DNA of 64,000 nucleotides, from positions 57,511 to 121,510 of the forward strand of contig CAYVRK010000007.1 of the NCBI GenBank assembly GCA_964453785.1, read 5' to 3'. Positions 22,913 to 32,416 of this stretch are shown here, in pieces (the stretch's first letter is position 1; each line of letters opens with the position of its first letter). This DNA comes from an uncultured Bacteroides sp. GTDB lineage: Bacteria > Bacteroidota > Bacteroidia > Bacteroidales > GCA-2748055. Below the pieces are notes generated by a model. That model did not search any database. It saw nothing but the letters and a program-made list of their open reading frames with translations, and was not told the origin of the DNA. The translations under genes and the position numbers were made by a program.

Positions 22913-25819
22913 TCAATCAATCAGGTAGGTCAGCCCGATGGAGATGCTTCTTCCCATTTTAAACTGTCTGAAATAGCCTGTGGAACTAGCAAAAGAATAG
23001 GTTTGCTCAAAGGTAGGATTGAGTAGATTATCGGCCGACAATTTGATATTGATCCCGTTCCTGAACTGTTTGCTGACATTGAAATCAAGCATGGGAAACG
23101 GTTGCTCATACACATCAGGTGTTGCTGCCTTATTCACAAGGACAAGCTTCTCTCCCGACACATTGAATCCCAGGTTCACATCCCATCCCTTTTCAAAATG
23201 ATGGTAATTCAGAAAGGTATTCACCACGTAGGGCGACTGGCCGAACATGGCCCTGGTCTCAGCCCAGTTGGGATCCACTATCCTGGCTGATGCCAGTCTG
23301 GTCGAATCCTCATGTACAATGGATTTAACCAGGGTCACATTGGCACCCAGTGAGAAATTCCTGAGGGCCTCAACAAAATCGAGCCTTTTCCGCAATTCAA
23401 ACTCCAGTCCGTAAAGCTTCGAATCATCAATATTTTCGAAATGAATCTCCGGATTGGCAGCCTGCTCCTTGTCTCTCAATTCGATGGGATTCTTGAAATA
23501 TTTATAGAAGGCGCTGAAAGAGAGGATCTCCCCCGGACGCAGGAACCATTCCCATCTCAAATCTACATTGTCGATGTTGGTTTTCTTCAGGTCGGGATTC
23601 CCGATCTTCCTCAAACCGGCTTTATAATCATATGAGGCATAGGGAGCCAGCTCCCTGAAAACAGGCCGTGCAATAGTCTTGTTATATCCAAGCCGAAGGT
23701 TCATATCTTCAGTTATACTGTAGACCAGGTTGAACGAAGGCAGCAGATCTCCCTCACTGAATCCGCCGAAATCGTATTCGTCTGTTTCATGGGGATTGGC
23801 GAGGGTGTCTACCATGTTTTCAATGAAAATAACTGAATACTCATAGCGTGCACCTGCAACAAGCCTGATCTTGTCAGTGACAGGCAGATCCAACATACCA
23901 TATCCGGCCATCACCGTTTCAGTACCCTGATAACTGTTGATGTCATCAGTAAGCAATGAATTCTCATAATATACTACATTCCAGTTCCCGGGATAGAGGA
24001 TGTTTTCCTCCTTCAGATAATCTGTACTGGTTCCGTCGAACGCAACACCGCCCTGCCTGGAAATCACAAATTTGTTCTCATGAGAGTTGCGCCCCTTGTC
24101 AATAGTTGACCCTCCAAACTTCACTTTCGCACCCCTGCCGGCCAGATTGAAGGGCTGACTGTAATTCAGTTTCAGGTCCAGATTGGTTTCATTCATCTCC
24201 CGGTAAAACCGGGCCGGAAGCTTATTCAGACGGACCGTGTAGTTGGTGTATTCCCCGTTGATCGGGTCTGTAGAGTAATCCATGAAGAAAAACCTGAGAT
24301 CCGGTTCATCCTGGGAAGCCAGGGTATAAGAGCCCATCCAGTCAATGGAAGCATTCCCGGTTCCCGGAAATACATGCTTGCCTTTGGCCTGGATGGCAGT
24401 GATGGATCTTTCCAGCCATCCCAGCCTCTCCTCAATAATGTTTTCAGCATCAGAATAGTTTTCAATACCATCCACATATTCAGAGTTCTTCACGCCACTC
24501 TGGTTCCTCATGGCAGTGATACCGATCATATGGTTGTTATTCAGTTTATAGGAGACGTTGGCCAATCCGGACCAGATTACATTCTCTGTTCCCTGGTCAC
24601 GGCTTAACAACCTTTTGGCGTCTGGAGAATCGGGGGTGACCACTGTATATTTCTCATCCCTGCCACCCTGGTACATGTCGTAATCCTTTGAATAATTGGC
24701 AGAGAGATTGAATCCAAGGTCTCTTCCAAATAATTTCACCCTGTTCCCCATGGAAAATGAATAGGACTGGTCCAGGAAAGAACTGGTCCGGGTATTGTCC
24801 ATGAACTTGCCAAAGCCACGGCTGACCATCCCCAGCGTATCGTCACTACCAGTATAGATATAAGGTAGCTGTCCATCCTGAGTCAACGCATCTACTTCCC
24901 CGGGAATGGCCCTGGTACCGTCATCCATACCCAGCCAGTCTTTCTTACCCCCTTCATAGGAGAGGAAATCATTCCTCAAATTGGATTGCGGGTTGTAACC
25001 CAGACCTGCGGAAAATTGCATCGTAAATTTCTCGGGGAAATCTTTGGTCACAATATTCACCAATCCTCCTGTTGCATTTCCTGGCAGATCAGGAGAAAAG
25101 GTTTTAAAAACCATCAGGTTCTCAATAATATTTGAGGGAAACAGATCCATCTGAACCGTGTTCTTTTCAGGATCAAGTCCGGGAATTTGCGCTCCGTTCA
25201 ATGTGCTTGTAGTATAACGGTCACTCAGTCCCCTCACGTAAATGTATTTTCCACCTTCCACAGAAACGCCGGTCACCCGCTTGAGCGCAGAAGCTGCATT
25301 GCTGTCCCCCAAACGGGAAATCTGTTGGGAGGATATACCGTCAAGTACCGATGGCATCTTCTTCTTCATAATGAGAACAGCTGCCTCGGTTTGCTCCCGC
25401 TGCCGTGCAGTGACCACAACCTCTTCTATATCCTGGGAGGAGATGTTCAGGTTTGCATTCAATATGACAACATCACCGGGTACTACCTCCACATCCTCAA
25501 AAACCCTGGTCTCATAAGAAACATAGGAGGTGGTAACACTTACCCTTCCCTTTGGAAGATCAGGCAGGAAGAAATTTCCGTCATAATCGGTAATGGTTCC
25601 TGTGGTTGTACCTGTCAGAAAGACATTGGCTCCAATCAGGCCTTCGCCGGTGGTGGCATCAATGACCCGCCCCCGGATCATCCCGGTAGTCAAGGAACCT
25701 TTGACATCTGGGGTGGCCCCAGGCTCTCCAAATGACAACAAGGATTCATCTGCATCTGCCTGTGCTGAAAGGGTGAAAGCACTAAAACCAACTGCCAGGA
25801 AAAGTATGATTCTTTTCAT
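22913..25819 (-). CDS. TonB-dependent receptor with N-terminal CarboxypepD_reg-like domain
   Basis: 968 aa with a signal peptide. CarboxypepD_reg segment (GRVIDATTGEGLIGANVFLTGTTTGTITDYDGNFFLPDLPKG), a plug domain (GISSQQISRLGDSNAASALKRVTGVSV) and a barrel ending in an aromatic-rich strand. Confidence 0.9.
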   Translation of the reverse strand: MKRIILFLAVGFSAFTLSAQADADESLLSFGEPGATPDVKGSLTTGMIRGRVIDATTGEGLIGANVFLTGTTTGTITDYDGNFFLPDLPKGRVSVTTSYVSYETRVFEDVEVVPGDVVILNANLNISSQDIEEVVVTARQREQTEAAVLIMKKKMPSVLDGISSQQISRLGDSNAASALKRVTGVSVEGGKYIYVRGLSDRYTTSTLNGAQIPGLDPEKNTVQMDLFPSNIIENLMVFKTFSPDLPGNATGGLVNIVTKDFPEKFTMQFSAGLGYNPQSNLRNDFLSYEGGKKDWLGMDDGTRAIPGEVDALTQDGQLPYIYTGSDDTLGMVSRGFGKFMDNTRTSSFLDQSYSFSMGNRVKLFGRDLGFNLSANYSKDYDMYQGGRDEKYTVVTPDSPDAKRLLSRDQGTENVIWSGLANVSYKLNNNHMIGITAMRNQSGVKNSEYVDGIENYSDAENIIEERLGWLERSITAIQAKGKHVFPGTGNASIDWMGSYTLASQDEPDLRFFFMDYSTDPINGEYTNYTVRLNKLPARFYREMNETNLDLKLNYSQPFNLAGRGAKVKFGGSTIDKGRNSHENKFVISRQGGVAFDGTSTDYLKEENILYPGNWNVVYYENSLLTDDINSYQGTETVMAGYGMLDLPVTDKIRLVAGARYEYSVIFIENMVDTLANPHETDEYDFGGFSEGDLLPSFNLVYSITEDMNLRLGYNKTIARPVFRELAPYASYDYKAGLRKIGNPDLKKTNIDNVDLRWEWFLRPGEILSFSAFYKYFKNPIELRDKEQAANPEIHFENIDDSKLYGLEFELRKRLDFVEALRNFSLGANVTLVKSIVHEDSTRLASARIVDPNWAETRAMFGQSPYVVNTFLNYHHFEKGWDVNLGFNVSGEKLVLVNKAATPDVYEQPFPMLDFNVSKQFRNGINIKLSADNLLNPTFEQTYSFASSTGYFRQFKMGRSISIGLTYLID

Positions 25820-26036
25820 TAAAACTTCGTTTTAACTGGTTCGTTACAAATTCTGCCACAAAGGAAGAGTTCAACTATTACTCTACAGTAAATCCAATGT
25901 TATATGAGTATTAAGTTTTTTGTCCTTTGACCGGGAATATTTAATGTTTATTTAACATGGGGCAGTGGAAGGATTCCTGTGAACATTCATTCATTAAGTT
26001 TGTTTTTACTTGCTGAACAACAAAACCAAAGTGCCC

Positions 26037-26543
26037 ATGAGTGATCCCAGGAACAGACAATATACCAACGGGGAGATAACAGTCTTCTGGATCCCCTCCA
26101 AGTGTATTCATGCCACCACCTGTTTCCGGGAGTTGATCGAAGTGTTCAATCCGGGCAGGCGGCCCTGGGTGAACATGGAAGGAGCCCCCACCCGGAGGAT
26201 TTCCGAAGTGGTCAACAAATGCCCCACCCAGGCCATTGTCTGGAAGCATAACAAAGACCTGACTGAAGAGGAGAAGCTGGGAAACAGGCGGGAAGCCAGG
26301 GAGGAAGAGAATCCGGAGACATTAACCGAAGCAGAAGAAAAAAAACGGGTTAAACCTGCAAGTGTCAGGATCATGAAGGACGGACCCATTGTGGTGGAAG
26401 GAAGTTTTAAAATTATCGGGGCCAATGATGAGACCTTGAAGCCAGCATTGATGACCTCTTTTTGCAGGTGCGGAAACTCCAAAAGCATGCCATACTGTGA
26501 TGGTACCCACCGGAAAACGGGTTTTACAGATGAATCAATCTGA
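26037..26543 (+). CDS. divergent (4Fe-4S) mono-cluster domain protein fused to a CDGSH iron-sulfur domain
   Basis: The N-terminal domain (GEITVFWIPSKCIHATTCFRELIEVFNPGRRPWV...KCPTQAIVW) matches my recollection of the DUF1271-type family. An acidic linker follows, then a C-terminal CRCGNSKSMPYCDGTH. The ATG at 26037 is preferred over the tracked TTG at 26010. Confidence 0.75.
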   Translation: MSDPRNRQYTNGEITVFWIPSKCIHATTCFRELIEVFNPGRRPWVNMEGAPTRRISEVVNKCPTQAIVWKHNKDLTEEEKLGNRREAREEENPETLTEAEEKKRVKPASVRIMKDGPIVVEGSFKIIGANDETLKPALMTSFCRCGNSKSMPYCDGTHRKTGFTDESI

Positions 26544-26545
26544 CC

Positions 26546-26737
26546 ATGGAAGAGAGCAATGCACGGTTTAAGGTAATTACCGGCGGCCCGCTGGAAATAA
26601 CCGGTCATTTCCGGGTGGTGAACGCCAACGGAAAGATTATTGAAAAGGAAGGCCCGGTTTTTCTTTGCAGGTGCGGGGGATCGTCAAACAAACCTTACTG
26701 TGACGGGAGCCATAAGCGCAATGGTTTTTCGGAATGA
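26546..26737 (+). CDS. CDGSH iron-sulfur domain protein
   Basis: 63 aa with CRCGGSSNKPYCDGSH. Starts 2 nt after the upstream stop. Confidence 0.8.
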   Translation: MEESNARFKVITGGPLEITGHFRVVNANGKIIEKEGPVFLCRCGGSSNKPYCDGSHKRNGFSE

Positions 26738-26765
26738 TGATGATTAAATCTATTACCTTTGGGGC

Positions 26766-28013
26766 ATGTCAGCCATACAGGTAGATTCAGAAATTGGTGA
26801 TTTGCAGGGAGTGATCCTTCACCCTCCGGGACCCGAGGTGGAAAACATGACACCCAAAAATGCAGAACGTGCCCTGTACAGCGACATTCTTAACCTGTCT
26901 GTTGCAAGAAGGGAGTATAACCAGCTGGAATGCCTTTTACAGAAACTGGTCCCCACCTACCGGGTCATGGACCTGTTGAAAGATATTCTGCGTTCCACAG
27001 AGATCAGGGAGAAAATCATCAAAAAAGCATGCTACAATGAGGGGCACCCGGACCTCATTGATAAGCTTCTGAATCTCAATGAAAAACAAATAGCCAAACA
27101 ACTTGTACAGGGCGTTCCGCTTGAACGAAACACACTAATCGGCTACCTGTGCAATGAACATTTCTCTCTGCGTCCCCTTCACAATTTCTTTTTTACGAGG
27201 GATTCCTCAGTGGTCATGGGGGACCGGGTCCTGATTGGAAGGATGGCCAACCGGATTCGTGACAGGGAAGCCATGATCATGCAGGCTATTTTTGACTACC
27301 ACCCTATGTTTCGCGTCAAGACCATCAATCCGGCAGAAACCGGTGCTGAGAGAACCATCGTCTCCATCGAGGGCGGAGACCTGCTCATTGCATCCGATCA
27401 AATTACATTGGTGGGATTGGGTACCCGGACCACAGCAGCAGGGATAGATTTCCTTATAAAGATGTTGGCAGGAAGAGAGAAAAAGCAACACATCCTTGTC
27501 CAGGAGTTGCCCGCTTTGCCTGAATCATTCATCCACCTGGACATGGTTTTCACCTTGCTTGATCACGATTCGTGCATGATTTTTGAACCCCTGATCCTGC
27601 ATTCCAATAAATACCAGACCATCCGGATAGACCTGGAAAACGGAAAGGTGGTCTCCATCAATAACGCAGCAAATCTTGTGAATGCGCTGGCCGACCTGGG
27701 AATGGACCTGAAACCTTCCTTCTGTGGTGGCACCAATGATACAATGGTCCAGGAAAGGGAGCAATGGCACAGCGGAGCCAATTTCTTCGCCATCGGACCG
27801 GGAAAACTGATCGGCTACAACAGGAACATCCATACACTGGAGAACCTCAGCCAGTCAGGGTATGAGATTATCAAATCCAAAGATGTGACCGGGGGACAAG
27901 TCGATCTTTCCGGATACCGGAAATACGTTCTTACCGTCGATGGGGCTGAACTCTCACGAGGTGGAGGCGGGGTACGGTGTATGACCATGCCTTTTAAGAG
28001 GGAAAAGGTCTAA
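26766..28013 (+). CDS. arcA: arginine deiminase family protein
   Basis: 415 aa. N-terminus VDSEIGDLQGVILHPPGPE and C-terminal catalytic Cys context GGGGVRCMTMP, typical of the guanidino-group modifying enzyme fold. Confidence 0.75.
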   Translation: MSAIQVDSEIGDLQGVILHPPGPEVENMTPKNAERALYSDILNLSVARREYNQLECLLQKLVPTYRVMDLLKDILRSTEIREKIIKKACYNEGHPDLIDKLLNLNEKQIAKQLVQGVPLERNTLIGYLCNEHFSLRPLHNFFFTRDSSVVMGDRVLIGRMANRIRDREAMIMQAIFDYHPMFRVKTINPAETGAERTIVSIEGGDLLIASDQITLVGLGTRTTAAGIDFLIKMLAGREKKQHILVQELPALPESFIHLDMVFTLLDHDSCMIFEPLILHSNKYQTIRIDLENGKVVSINNAANLVNALADLGMDLKPSFCGGTNDTMVQEREQWHSGANFFAIGPGKLIGYNRNIHTLENLSQSGYEIIKSKDVTGGQVDLSGYRKYVLTVDGAELSRGGGGVRCMTMPFKREKV

Positions 28014-28047
28014 TTGAGATAGTTTTTCTATTTTTAATGGAAATTGC

Positions 28048-28773
28048 ATGGAGATGAGAAGATTTGGATGGATCATTATATTTTTTACAGGCCTTCCGGT
28101 CTTTGCACAACAGAACTTTGCAAGTATTTCATTCGGCGCCAGTATCCCGCTGGGTGAATACGCCTCAACCGGTAACCTGGCCTCAAGCGGTTATGCAAAA
28201 ACAGGAGGAGCCATTAAATTTGATGCCGGATATTTCCCGGGGTCATACCTGGGAATAGGCGGCTCATTCTCATTCGGCTCCAATTATGCAATTCGTGACT
28301 CAATCCTTCAGGATATGATCACCTATATTGAAGAGAATGCATCCTCCATCATCGATATCCCACCGGGAGTAGCCGAGTACGGATCAGGGTTTTGGAACTA
28401 CATCAACATTTTCCTCGGCCCGCACTTCTCCGTCCGGGCCACCCAGAGGCTTTACCTGGATGTAAGGGTGCTGGCGGGGATCAGTGTACTCAGGCCACCT
28501 GACCAGGAGCTTTACATACCACTGGACGATGGGACAGAGATTTTTACCACAGTGAGCAACAGCAAGATCGCCTTAGGTTTCACAGCCGGCGGTGGTCTCA
28601 GGTTCAAATTAAATGAAAACCTGGCGCTCAAGCTTGGTGCTGATTTTACCCAGAGTCGGGCAAAATTTAACTACTTCGAACTGTTCCAGGGTGTGGCAGA
28701 TGTACCACCCGTCCATTCGGAGTTTTTCGTCAGAACCCTCGAAGCATCGGTGGGACTCGCTTATGCATTTTAA
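28048..28773 (+). CDS. outer-membrane beta-barrel (porin-family/OmpW-like) protein
   Basis: 241 aa with a signal peptide ending PVFAQQ. Alternating beta-strand pattern and a C-terminal LAYAF. Confidence 0.7.
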   Translation: MEMRRFGWIIIFFTGLPVFAQQNFASISFGASIPLGEYASTGNLASSGYAKTGGAIKFDAGYFPGSYLGIGGSFSFGSNYAIRDSILQDMITYIEENASSIIDIPPGVAEYGSGFWNYINIFLGPHFSVRATQRLYLDVRVLAGISVLRPPDQELYIPLDDGTEIFTTVSNSKIALGFTAGGGLRFKLNENLALKLGADFTQSRAKFNYFELFQGVADVPPVHSEFFVRTLEASVGLAYAF

Positions 28774-29549
28774 TGCCTGTAGGTTCTTAACTTCTCTTTA
28801 TTTAGCGAGCGTGTCTTTTCCGGGGATTCGCTTCGAAAAGGTTTCTCCCAGCTTCCATACATGGGATTCGGGAGGATAATGAAGGTAGTTCCAAACAAAT
28901 CCTTGTTTTCATCGACACGTTCATTTGCAAGTCCATCCGACCTCTCATCGAATATTCCGCTGAAATCGCCCAGGTTGTCCCCAATCAGCAAAGCAATCTC
29001 ATGGGTTTCTTTCACCTTTTCACGCCTCAGATCTTTGACGGAAGTACTGGTTTTAAGCAAGACATGGCTGCTATCTGCAAAAGGGAACCCCGCTGCCCTG
29101 AGGTTTTCAAGAGTAACACCCAACAAATGGTTTCCACGGTTGGAGATATAGAATAGTTCCACACCCTTTTCTGCAGCACTTTTTGTGAAGTCCAGGGCTC
29201 CCGGCAAAGGTTGAGCCTGCGCCAGAGAACACCATTCATCCCACATTGCATCGGTGAAAGGCACGCCCTCAACGATCTGCTGTGCAGTCTGTGGAGAATT
29301 ATCAAGTATCGTTTCATCAATATCAAGCACCACTGCCAAAGGCTTTTCAGAACCTTCTGAAACCTTTTGGTCAAGTTCCCGTCCGGCCCAATGATAAGAC
29401 TGGTAGTAAAGAGCCCTCATTTCTGCAGAATGCTGGAACCAGATGGTGGCCTGAATGAGTTGATCCTGCTGCCCGGTCAATTGATCCCGGCTACATCCCA
29501 AAATAAGGATGGTCATCATGCAAGTCAGAACCATCAGAAAATTTTTCAT
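28770..29549 (-). CDS. 5'-nucleotidase, lipoprotein e(P4)/class B acid phosphatase family (HAD)
   Basis: Lipobox ILILGC and the HAD motif VVLDIDETILDN. The ATG at 29549 (MKNFLMVL) is preferred over the tracked upstream start. Confidence 0.85.
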   Translation of the reverse strand: MKNFLMVLTCMMTILILGCSRDQLTGQQDQLIQATIWFQHSAEMRALYYQSYHWAGRELDQKVSEGSEKPLAVVLDIDETILDNSPQTAQQIVEGVPFTDAMWDEWCSLAQAQPLPGALDFTKSAAEKGVELFYISNRGNHLLGVTLENLRAAGFPFADSSHVLLKTSTSVKDLRREKVKETHEIALLIGDNLGDFSGIFDERSDGLANERVDENKDLFGTTFIILPNPMYGSWEKPFRSESPEKTRSLNKEKLRTYRH

Positions 29550-29625
29550 GCTGTAAAAATAGCAAAAGCAAAATCGATAAACCACCCCTTCATCACATGA
29601 ATAAAAGAATTTGCTCCATCAAAAA

Positions 29626-30906
29626 ATGCCAGGGGAATCGTTTCTTTACTTTATCTGGAAATACAGATTATTTAATCAACAGGACTTAAAAACCACCTGC
29701 GGAAGGAGTCTTGGTGTCATTACCCCCGGAGAAATGAACCTCCATGCAGGCCCTGATTTTTTTAATGCAAAAATCAGGATTGATGGAATCATCTGGGCCG
29801 GAAATGTTGAAATTCACCTTCGTGCATCGGACTGGGAAGAACATGGACACCATCATGATCCTGCTTACAACAATGTGATCCTGCATGTGGTAACACATGA
29901 TGACAGGCCGGTTTTAAACCACCTGGGAAAAAGGATCCCCACCCTTTTACTTGACTATCCGAAAGAACTTCAAAGCTGTTATCAGGCTCTGCTTAAGGCT
30001 GACTCATGGTTGCCCTGCCATCCTTTTATTCATCACATGTCCACCGTGGTGATCCGGAAATGGCTCACTACCCTTCAATCGGAACGGCTGGTTCAAAAAA
30101 GCCTTATGATCGATACCATGATCAGCCGGAATGGACCTGACTGGGATATCTCCCTGTATAAAATCCTGGCATCCGGTTTTGGACTGCCCATCAACAGCCT
30201 TCCCTTTGAAATGACAGCTGCAGGCATCCCCTATGAGTTGCTGATCGGGTGCAGGGACAGCGTGGCTGACCTGGAGGGAATCCTGTTTGGTCAGGCAGGG
30301 TTTTTATATGATGGTATTCCACTAGGGCCCTATGCATCGGACCTCTACCAGCGATACCTCCACTATTCGAAAAAGCTATCCGGACCCAGTGTTAACAGGT
30401 ATCTGTGGAAATTCCTGCGTTTACGCCCGGCATCCTTCCCCACCCTTCGGATCTCACAATTTGCCTCGCTGGTCAACCTTCGTTTTCCGCTGTTGCAAAC
30501 ACTCCTGGATACTTCCTCACTTGCCGAGGTCGAACAGCTGTTGAAAGTTTGTGCCAGTGAATATTGGAACACCCATTATACAATGGGAAAAGACTCTTCC
30601 GAAATCCCCAAATACCTGGGACATGAATCCATCAGGACACTGATCATCAACGCCATTGTTCCTTTTCTTTTCACATTTGGAAACAGAAAGCAACATATCC
30701 ATGCCATAAACCTGGGAACATCCATGCTTTCAGAACTTAAGGCAGAATCTAACAGTATCACAAAAAAATGGATTAATTTTGGATTGGTCCCAAAAGGAGC
30801 GTTTGAGAGTCAGGCCCTGATCCAGCTTCACAATGCGTATTGTAAACCAAAGCGATGTCTTGAATGTAAGATAGGAGCGGAATTGATAAAAAAATACAAG
30901 GGATGA
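29626..30906 (+). CDS. DUF2851 family protein
   Basis: N-terminal signature FLYFIWKYRLF...AGPDFFNAKIRIDGIIWAGNVEIHLRASDWEEHGHHHDPAYNNVILHVV, recalled from Bacteroidota DUF2851 proteins. The ATG at 29626 is preferred over the TTG at 29611. Confidence 0.8.
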   Translation: MPGESFLYFIWKYRLFNQQDLKTTCGRSLGVITPGEMNLHAGPDFFNAKIRIDGIIWAGNVEIHLRASDWEEHGHHHDPAYNNVILHVVTHDDRPVLNHLGKRIPTLLLDYPKELQSCYQALLKADSWLPCHPFIHHMSTVVIRKWLTTLQSERLVQKSLMIDTMISRNGPDWDISLYKILASGFGLPINSLPFEMTAAGIPYELLIGCRDSVADLEGILFGQAGFLYDGIPLGPYASDLYQRYLHYSKKLSGPSVNRYLWKFLRLRPASFPTLRISQFASLVNLRFPLLQTLLDTSSLAEVEQLLKVCASEYWNTHYTMGKDSSEIPKYLGHESIRTLIINAIVPFLFTFGNRKQHIHAINLGTSMLSELKAESNSITKKWINFGLVPKGAFESQALIQLHNAYCKPKRCLECKIGAELIKKYKG

Positions 30907-31916
30907 GAAACAAAAGTCTGAAACATGCATATTATACAGTGGGATTGCTGTTTTTTATTCTGGTGGTAGGATCCACCGGGTACAGACTGCTGGGATTTAC
31001 GCTTTCAGAAGCCATCTATCAGACCATCATTACCGTCGCCACAGTTGGATTTGAAGAGGTTCATCAACTTGACAATACAGGTATGTGGTTCACTTCCATT
31101 CTTGTGGTTGTCTCGATAGGAATTTTTGCATATGCGGTAACAACCCTGACACGTTTCATTGTGGAGGGCGTTTTCAGAAATACATATAAAGACACCAAAG
31201 TGAAAAGAAAGATGAACAGACTAAGCGATCACGTAGTGATTTGTGGATATGGGCGGAATGGGAAACAGGCAACAGCCGAGCTCCTGGAGCACAAGGTGCC
31301 CACCATCGTTATTGAAAAGGATGTTGAATTGGTCCGGGCATTAAGGGAAATTCCCGGTATGCTCTATATTGAAGGTGATGCAGCCGACGAAGATATCCTT
31401 AAACAGGCCAACCTGAACGACGCCAGGGCCCTGATCACCACACTTCCACAGGATGCTGACAATCTGTTTGTTGTGCTAACTGCCAAAGAGATCAATCCGG
31501 ATCTCACGATCATCTCCCGTGCATCTGTGGATAATTCAGATCGAAAACTAAAGCGGGCCGGTGCCACCAATGTGATCATGCCGGATAAAATCGGAGGACA
31601 AAGGATGGCCAAGTTGGTGGCTCAACCCGACATCGTTGAATTTGTGGATTTCATGCTTCTTCAAAGTGTCGAAAATGTGGTTCTGGAACAGATTTCATGT
31701 GAAAAACTTGCCTCCTGCTTTGCGGGAAAATCTATCAGGGAACTGGACATCCGAAATGAATCCGGAGCCAACATCATCGGGATGAAAAGAGAAGACAATT
31801 CGTTTCTGATCAACCCGGTTCCGGAAACCACCCTTACCCCCACCGATAAACTTTTTGCCCTTGGGACAAGGAAACAGATCAATAACCTCCTGCAAAATAT
31901 TACCACAGAGAGATAG
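30903..31916 (+). CDS. two-TM ion channel with RCK (TrkA-N/TrkA-C) domains, potassium-channel family
   Basis: Two TM helices flank a pore loop TVATVGFEEV. Rossmann motif VICGYGRNG, and a TrkA-C-like C-terminus. The ATG overlaps the upstream stop (ATGA). Confidence 0.8.
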   Translation: MRNKSLKHAYYTVGLLFFILVVGSTGYRLLGFTLSEAIYQTIITVATVGFEEVHQLDNTGMWFTSILVVVSIGIFAYAVTTLTRFIVEGVFRNTYKDTKVKRKMNRLSDHVVICGYGRNGKQATAELLEHKVPTIVIEKDVELVRALREIPGMLYIEGDAADEDILKQANLNDARALITTLPQDADNLFVVLTAKEINPDLTIISRASVDNSDRKLKRAGATNVIMPDKIGGQRMAKLVAQPDIVEFVDFMLLQSVENVVLEQISCEKLASCFAGKSIRELDIRNESGANIIGMKREDNSFLINPVPETTLTPTDKLFALGTRKQINNLLQNITTER

Positions 31917-31997
31917 GATAGGAATACACCCTTTGAGAGCAGCACAAACATTTGATTTTCTGCACAGTGGCATACGTTAATTTCTTACTTTGCCTTA

Positions 31998-32027
31998 TTG
32001 GTAATTCAAAATAAATAAATACCTTTG
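31998..32027 (+). promoter_or_regulatory. Bacteroidota-type promoter (TTG-N19-TACCTTTG) for rpsO
   Basis: TTG at 31998-32000 and TACCTTTG at 32020-32027, with a 19-nt spacer. Lies 44 nt upstream of the rpsO ATG. Confidence 0.5.
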
Positions 32028-32070
32028 CAACTCAATTTTTGAAACAGGTTTTAAAAGCAGAAAAAACAGG

Positions 32071-32340
32071 ATGTATTTAACAACTGAGAAGAAGAAGGAA
32101 ATCTTCAAGACGTATGGAAAATCCGAAGCTGATACGGGTTCAGCCGAAGGCCAGATCGCTATTTTCACTACCAGGATCAACCACCTTACACAACACCTTC
32201 TGATCAGCAAGAAAGACTACAGTACCCAGAGGGCACTTCTTAAACTTGTTGGTAAGCGGAGGAAATTACTCGATTATCTCAAGGAGAAAGACATCGAGCG
32301 TTATCGCGCTATTATCAAGTCCTTGAAAATCAGAAAGTAA
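32071..32340 (+). CDS. rpsO: 30S ribosomal protein S15
   Basis: 89 aa; contains GSAEGQIAIFTTRINHLTQHL and LLKLVGKRRKLLDYL. Confidence 0.97.
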   Translation: MYLTTEKKKEIFKTYGKSEADTGSAEGQIAIFTTRINHLTQHLLISKKDYSTQRALLKLVGKRRKLLDYLKEKDIERYRAIIKSLKIRK

Positions 32341-32356
32341 AAATATTCGTTACGAA

Positions 32357-32386
32357 GAAAAGGCAATTTACAAATTGCCTTTTTTC
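32357..32386 (+). terminator. rpsO terminator/attenuator hairpin in rpsO-pnp intergenic region
   Basis: Stem AAGGCAATT / AATTGCCTT followed by TTTTT. Lies 17 nt after the rpsO stop and 30 nt before the pnp ATG. Confidence 0.7.
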
Positions 32387-32416
32387 GTATTCAACCATTG
32401 CATTTAATCAAATCTT

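Noticed and set aside
25820-26009. Possible riboswitch (e.g. cobalamin) or Fur box upstream of the TonB-dependent receptor.
   Set aside because: Reading the minus strand, I could not find the conserved B12-box (GCCACTG-like) or a 19-bp Fur-type palindrome. There is nothing to support a call.
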